This document shows positions 53,222 to 64,000 of a stretch of DNA of 64,000 nt, piece after piece. Position 1 is the first letter of the stretch. Each line of letters opens with the position of its first letter. Where the stretch lies: the NCBI GenBank assembly GCA_963727505.1, contig CAVSGP010000009.1:288001-352000 (forward strand), given 5' to 3'. Position numbers and translations under genes: made by a program. The notes under the pieces are model-generated. The model was not told the DNA's origin, searched no databases, and worked only from the letters and a program-made list of their open reading frames with translations. The stretch is from an uncultured Trueperaceae bacterium. GTDB lineage: Bacteria; Deinococcota; Deinococci; Deinococcales; Trueperaceae.

Positions 53222-54018
53222 CGCCGACCGCTAGCGAGGTCGCGGCGTCCGAGACGCAGGCGGATCCCGTCCTCGATCTCCACGACGTCAACGTCTACTA
53301 CGACACCACCCGGGCGGTGAAGGGCGTGTCCATGGCGGTGCGCCCGAACACCGTGACGGCGCTCATCGGTGCGTCGGGCTGTGGGAAGACGACGCTGCTG
53401 CGCTCGCTCAACCGCATGCACGACCTCACCAAGGGCGCTCGGGTGGAGGGTCGGGTGTTGTTCGAGGGGCAGGACATCTACGACCGCTCGGTCGATCCCG
53501 TCGCCGTCCGCCGAGTCATCGGGATGGTCTTCCAGAAGCCCAACCCGTTCCCGACCATGACGGTCTACGACAACGTGGTGGCGGGGCTCAAGCTCGCGGG
53601 GCGGTATCGCCGAAGTGAGCTCGATGAGGTCGTGGAGCGCTCGCTCAGGCAGGCCGCGCTGTTCGACGAGGTGAAGGACCGGCTCCACGCGCCGGCCACC
53701 GGCCTTTCGGGCGGCCAGCAGCAGCGCCTGTGCATCGCGCGTTCGCTGGCGGTCGACCCGGCGGTGCTCCTCATGGACGAACCCACCAGCGCGCTCGATC
53801 CGCAGGCCACGGCGCGCATCGAAGAGCTGCTGGCGCAGCTCAAGCAGGCGGTCACGATCGTGATCGTGACCCACAACATGCAGCAGGCCGGCCGGGTCTC
53901 GGACTGGACCGCCTTCATGCACCTCGGGGAGCTCATCGAGCAGGGGCCGACCGACCAGATCTTCACGCGCCCGCAGCAGGACCTGACGGAGCGCTACATC
54001 TCCGGCCACTTCGGCTGA
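53218..54018 (+). CDS. pstB: Phosphate ABC transporter ATPase
   Basis: [63 protein letters not shown]. Confidence 0.97.
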   Translation: MTPTASEVAASETQADPVLDLHDVNVYYDTTRAVKGVSMAVRPNTVTALIGASGCGKTTLLRSLNRMHDLTKGARVEGRVLFEGQDIYDRSVDPVAVRRVIGMVFQKPNPFPTMTVYDNVVAGLKLAGRYRRSELDEVVERSLRQAALFDEVKDRLHAPATGLSGGQQQRLCIARSLAVDPAVLLMDEPTSALDPQATARIEELLAQLKQAVTIVIVTHNMQQAGRVSDWTAFMHLGELIEQGPTDQIFTRPQQDLTERYISGHFG

Positions 54019-54125
54019 CATCGCTCCGCACCCGGCCTCCGAGCGCGGCCCGAACCAAGGCGGCCGGGGCGCCCCTGCTGGAACGCCCCGGCCGCCCGTG
54101 GCTGCCGTCGTCGGCCTGTGCGCCC

Positions 54126-55147
54126 TCAGACCATGAGGCCCGTCGGGTCCAGACGGAACGACTGAAGGGTGCGCATGTAGTTGGCGCGCTCGAAGGCGGC
54201 GGGGTCGGACACGTGCTGCTGGCTCATGCTCCCCCGCATCTGCGCGACCGAGGCGTACTCCCGCTCCGTCATCCACGCCTTCATGTCCTCGAGGATGTCG
54301 GTGATGCGCCAGATCCCGCTCTTCAGCAGCTCGGAGGCCAGCATGGTCACGCTGGCGCCGGCCATCACGCCCTTGAGGACGTCGAGGTGCGTGTGCACGC
54401 CGCTGGTGAGCGCGAAGTCGGTCTGCACGCGGCCGTAGAGGATGGCGATCCAGCGGAGCGGCAGGCGCAGCTCGTCGGAGTCGGACAGCACCAGGTGCGG
54501 TCCCACCTCGAGGTTCTCCAGGTCGAAGTCGGGCTGGTAGAAGCGGTTGAACAGCACCAGCCCGTCGGCGCCGGAGCGCGCCAGGCGCTGCGCCATGTGG
54601 GCCATGCTGCTGAAGTAGGGACTCAGCTTCACGGCCAGCGGGATCGTGACCATCTCGCGCACGTCGCGTAGCACGTCGAGGTAGAGGCGTTCGACGTCGT
54701 CGCCGGTCATCGTAGGGTCGGTGGCGACGTGGTAGATGTTCAGCTCCAGCGCGTCCGCTCCGGCGTCCTGGATGAGCTTGGCGTAGTGCGTCCAGCCGCC
54801 TGGCGAGGCCCCGTTGAGGCTTCCGATGATGGGGATGTCCACCGACGCCTTGGCGTCGCGGATGAGCTCGAGGTAGCCGTCGGGCCCGACGTTGTAGGAC
54901 TCGGGCTCGGGGAAGTAGCTGAGGGCCTCGGCGTAGGACTCCGATCCGTACGTCATGTAGTGGTCGAGGGAGAGGCTATCCTGCGTGATCTGTTCCTCGA
55001 ACAGCGAGTACATCACCACCGCGCTGGCGCCGGCGTCCTCCATACGGCGGATGCCGTCGAGCGTCTGCGACAGAGGGGAGGCCGACGGCACCACGGGGTG
55101 CGCGAGGTCCAGGCCCAGGTAACGGGTGCTCAGGTCGATGGCGCCGT

Positions 55148-55151
<4 letters not shown>
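54126..55151 (-). CDS. Dihydroorotate dehydrogenase-like flavoprotein (PFOR-associated type)
   Basis: [58 protein letters not shown]. Confidence 0.88.
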
Positions 55152-58846
<3,695 letters not shown>

Positions 58847-59075
58847 CGTTCCTCCTTCGTCGCAGCGAACCGCACGGACGTGTCGACACGGGCTTCTCCC
58901 GCGTCGACCAAGCGCACGATTCCACGCTAGCCCCGGGCTCTGGCGGCGTTGTCCGAGATTTTCCGACAAGGAGGTGGGCGTTGGGCCGACGACGAGACTG
59001 CCCCGGCATGACGTGCCTGACGCAAGTCGACGGACAGCAGCGAAGGTGGCCGGTGAAGCGCGCTGGGCGCGGGGT

Positions 59076-59654
59076 TCAGCGTTCGGTCGGAAGCCGATCG
59101 GCGGCGAGATCGACGCCGTTGAGGTGATTCATGGCGGCTTCGTGGCCGCGCTCGAGCAGGATCTCGATGGTATCCGCCGCTGCGCTCACCGCGGCGTCGA
59201 GCACGCTGCGCTCGTCCTCTGCGAAGCGGCTGAGGACCCAGCGCTCGGCCGTCCAGCCCTCGGGCGGTCGGGAGATGCCGACCTTCAGGCGGGTGAAGTC
59301 CGGCCCGAGCCGTTCGATGATGTCGCGTACGCCGCGTTGCCCTCCGGCGCCGCCGCCTCTGCGAAGCCGCAGGCGGCCCAACGGCAGGTCGAGGTCGTCG
59401 TGGACGACGAGCAGTTCGGCGGGGGGGAGGCCCGCTCGGGTGAGCGCCGCCTGGACGGCACGCCCCGAGAGGTTCATGAAGGTGCGGGGCTTGAGCATCA
59501 GCACATCGCGCACGCGCGCCTCGTCGGCGTCGCGGGCGCGGCGGAAGCTCGCTCCCCAGCGACGTGCCAGCTCATCCGTCACGAGGTACCCGGCGTTATG
59601 CCGGGTACCTCGGTAGCGTGGCCCGGGATTGCCGAGGCCCGCCAGGATCCGCAC
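59076..59654 (-). CDS. pth: Peptidyl-tRNA hydrolase
   Basis: GLGNPG..Y..TRHNAG, KPRTFMNLSG, VHDDLDL, GGQRG. Confidence 0.96.
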   Translation of the reverse strand: MRILAGLGNPGPRYRGTRHNAGYLVTDELARRWGASFRRARDADEARVRDVLMLKPRTFMNLSGRAVQAALTRAGLPPAELLVVHDDLDLPLGRLRLRRGGGAGGQRGVRDIIERLGPDFTRLKVGISRPPEGWTAERWVLSRFAEDERSVLDAAVSAAADTIEILLERGHEAAMNHLNGVDLAADRLPTER

Positions 59655-59655
59655 G

Positions 59656-60300
59656 TTACTCTCTTTCGTCTTCTTCGGTTTCCTCTTCCTCGTCCTCGCC
59701 GCCGCGGCTGATCAGCTCGGGCTCCGCGGCCTCCTCATCGACTTCCTCTTCCTCTTCTTCGGCGAGGCGCGGCGGCACCAGCGTCAGGATGGTGCGATCG
59801 AGATCGTCGAGGATCTGGGCTTCGCTGGGTAGCAGCGCCGCGACGTCGGCGATGTGGATGCTGTCGCCGATCTCCAGCTCGCTGATGTCGACCAGCACGT
59901 GGTTGGGGATGAGGCGCGGCATCACCTCGATGTAGATCTCGCGGCGGTGGACGTCGAGCATCCCACCCTCGCGCATCCCCTTGGCGGTGCCCGTGATCTC
60001 GAGTGGCACGTGCACGTCCACGACCTGGCCCTCGGTGACGGCGTAGAAGTCGACGTGCATCGGCACGCGCCTACGCTTGTCCATCTGCACCTGCTTGACG
60101 AGCACGGCGTGCACGGTGCCGTCGACCTCGAGGTCGACGATGCTCGAGGTGCCCTGCGAGCGGAACACCTTGTCGAAGTCCTTGCTGCTGACGCTGACCG
60201 TCTCGTTCAGGCCGCTGTTGTACATCACGGCCGGCAGGCGGCCCTCGCGACGCAGGGCAGCAACGTGGCCGGCGCTTCGCTTCTGTGCTTCCAGCTTCAT
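59656..60300 (-). CDS. rplY: 50S ribosomal protein L25 / Ctc (long form)
   Basis: LRREGRLPAVMY, HVDFY, VPLEITG..KG..EGG, LEIGDSIHIAD, acidic tail; RBS ggagg. Confidence 0.94.
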   Translation of the reverse strand: MKLEAQKRSAGHVAALRREGRLPAVMYNSGLNETVSVSSKDFDKVFRSQGTSSIVDLEVDGTVHAVLVKQVQMDKRRRVPMHVDFYAVTEGQVVDVHVPLEITGTAKGMREGGMLDVHRREIYIEVMPRLIPNHVLVDISELEIGDSIHIADVAALLPSEAQILDDLDRTILTLVPPRLAEEEEEEVDEEAAEPELISRGGEDEEEETEEDERE

Positions 60301-60553
60301 GCTTCCTCCAACGAGCTCAGGCCGCGCGGGCCCGGCGTTCTCCCGGATCGGGGCAATTCGAGCGTGCCGGCGTCCTAGGCGGGGCCGTGCCGACCGGCGC
60401 GGTATCGCCCGCGCGTCCGATCGGCTGCGGGGGCGGCGCCCCGTCACCCAGACGCGGTCCCGGCAACGGGGCCCCGTCGCGCTCGGGCCGACGGGACTCG
60501 ACAGCATCCGAGCATACTCGGTCGCGGCCAAAATTGTAAAGCCGAACCGACCC

Positions 60554-61498
60554 TCAAGTGGTGAACAACGAGCTGACCGAGTTGTGGTCGTGGACGTTGC
60601 GGATGGCCTTGGCCAGGAGTGGCGCGACGCTCAGCACCTCCACCGACTTGTGCCCGCCCTGGAAAGGAACGGTGTCGGTCACGTAGACCCGGTTGATGCC
60701 GCTGTGCGACAACCGTTCGAGCGCCGGAGGCGTGAACACCGCGTGCGTCGCTGCCACGCGTACGTCGGGAATGGCGCCGAGCTTCAACAGCGCGTCGATG
60801 CCGCGGCGCATGGTTCCGGCCGTCGAGATCATGTCGTCGATCATGATCGGGCGCAGCCCTTCGACCTCCCCGATGACGTGGGTGACCTCGGTCTCGGTCG
60901 GACTGGTGCGGCGCTTGTAGAGCATGGCCAGGGGAAGATTCAGGCGGTTCGCGAGCCTCCGCGCTTCGGTCGCGCGGCCGACGTCGGGCGACACCACCAC
61001 CGAATCGCTGAGATCGGTGGTCTTGAGGTGGTCGCCGAGGATCGACAGCGCCGTGAGGTGGTCGACAGGAACGTCGAAGAAGCCCTGGATCTGCCCGGCA
61101 TGCAGGTCGACGGTGATGACGCGGTCGACGCCCGCCGTCTCCAGCAGGTTGGCGACCAGCTTGGCGGTGATCGGCTCGCGCGCCTGCACCTTCTTGTCCT
61201 GACGGGCGTAGCCGAAGTAGGGGATGACGGCGTTGATGCGCCAGGCCGACGCGCGCCGCAGGGCGTCGACGAGCACCAGCAGCTCCATGAGGTTGTGGTT
61301 CACCGGCGCGCAGGTCGACTGGATGATGTAGCTGTCGCTGCCGCGGACGGACTCGTCGATGCGGATGCGGGTCTCGCCGTCCGGGAACTGCGACACCGTC
61401 CCGTGGGACAGCTCCTTGTCGAGGTGCTTCGCGACCGCGCGCGCCAACTCCGGCGTAGCGGTCCCGCAGAAGAGCTTGACGTCCTCGCCGACTCTCAT
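60554..61498 (-). CDS. prs: Ribose-phosphate pyrophosphokinase
   Basis: FPDGE, LMELL, PYFGYARQD, DLHAGQIQGFF, VSPDVG, IDDMISTAGT. Confidence 0.97.
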   Translation of the reverse strand: MRVGEDVKLFCGTATPELARAVAKHLDKELSHGTVSQFPDGETRIRIDESVRGSDSYIIQSTCAPVNHNLMELLVLVDALRRASAWRINAVIPYFGYARQDKKVQAREPITAKLVANLLETAGVDRVITVDLHAGQIQGFFDVPVDHLTALSILGDHLKTTDLSDSVVVSPDVGRATEARRLANRLNLPLAMLYKRRTSPTETEVTHVIGEVEGLRPIMIDDMISTAGTMRRGIDALLKLGAIPDVRVAATHAVFTPPALERLSHSGINRVYVTDTVPFQGGHKSVEVLSVAPLLAKAIRNVHDHNSVSSLFTT

Positions 61499-61680
61499 CG
61501 GTGGGCGACGTCCAGGAGCGACCAGGCGCCGGTCAGGGCGACCACGGGGAACGGTCGGAGCGAGCTAGCGGACAAGGGACACCTCGCAGCAAGGTAACGC
61601 GGCCTCGCGGCCTGGGGGATGCGGCCAGGCAGAGTATACCCGCCCCCGGCTCGCAGGGCAAAAGCCCCTGCCTGCGCGTC

Positions 61681-63347
<1,667 letters not shown>

Positions 63348-63351
<4 letters not shown>

Positions 63352-64000
63352 GCTTCACCGTCCTCGCCCGAGGTGCCGACGCCGGGAGCACGGCCACCCC
63401 GCTGCAGCTCGCTCATGACGCGTTCTCGGATGGCTTGCAAGACGTCCGGGTTCTGGCTCAGGAACTCCACCGTCTTCTCCTTACCCTGCCCCAACCGCGT
63501 CTCCCCGAACGAGTACCACGACCCCGACTTCTGCACCACCTCCACATCACTCGCCACATTCACCAGATCCCCCACCGCATCGATCCCCCGACCGAACATG
63601 ATCTCCACCTCCGCCTCCCGGAACGGCGGCGCCACCTTGTTCTTCGTCACCTTCACCCGCACGCGGTTCCCCACCTTCTCCGCGCCCACCTTCACATCCC
63701 CCTTACGCCGCACCTCCATACGCACACTCGAATAGAACTTCAACGCCCGCCCCCCCGGCGTCACCTCCGGATTGCCGTACAACACCCCGATCTTCTCCCG
63801 CACCTGATTGATGAAGATCGCCGTCGCCTTACTCTTCGACAACACCGCCGTCAACTTCCGCAACGCCTGCGACATCAACCGCGCCTGCAACCCCACATGC
63901 GCGTCCCCCATCTCCCCCTCCAACTCGGCGCGCGGCGTCAACGCCGCCACACTATCGATCACCACCACATCCACCGCGCCCGAACGCACCAACAACTCCG
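63348..64000 (-). CDS. recA: Recombinase RecA (5' part outside window)
   Basis: [64 protein letters not shown]. Confidence 0.98.

Overview
High-GC bacterial chromosome segment, almost entirely core genes. Several features point to Deinococcota, probably a Truepera-like lineage (inference): MurE with an EDxR rather than DNPR motif, tandem deoxynucleoside kinases, N-terminally extended RecG, and many leaderless starts with TANNNT 6-7 nt upstream. In order, it contains pdp (partial), murE, two dNKs, a CorC/TlyC protein, alr, amino-acid and sugar ABC importers without ATPase genes, recG, an LEA_2 lipoprotein and a serA/class-V aminotransferase/His-phosphatase operon. A long minus-strand envelope run follows: a three-gene Roadblock/LC7 module, tsaE, frameshifted tsaB, mreB, S55 peptidase, lpxD, lpxC, a Gfo/Idh/MocA oxidoreductase, fabZ, lpxA, an lpxB-like gene, an MsbA-like exporter and a GT2. 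The rest holds moaE/moaD/hrcA, an EVE protein, guaA, a membrane pseudokinase, mrp, a Val T-box with valS and hutH, a ureohydrolase, pstSCAB, PFOR with a DHODH-like partner, pth, rplY, prs, rny and recA (partial). I found no tRNA, rRNA, CRISPR array or mobile element. The best novelty candidates are (1) the paralogous Roadblock pair flanking a membrane protein, (2) a minimal lipid A cluster with a GnnA-like gene, (3) a sharp G/T codon-skew block in recA and (4) an ABC permease carrying an inserted binding-protein lobe. All calls are by motif recognition; no database searches were run.
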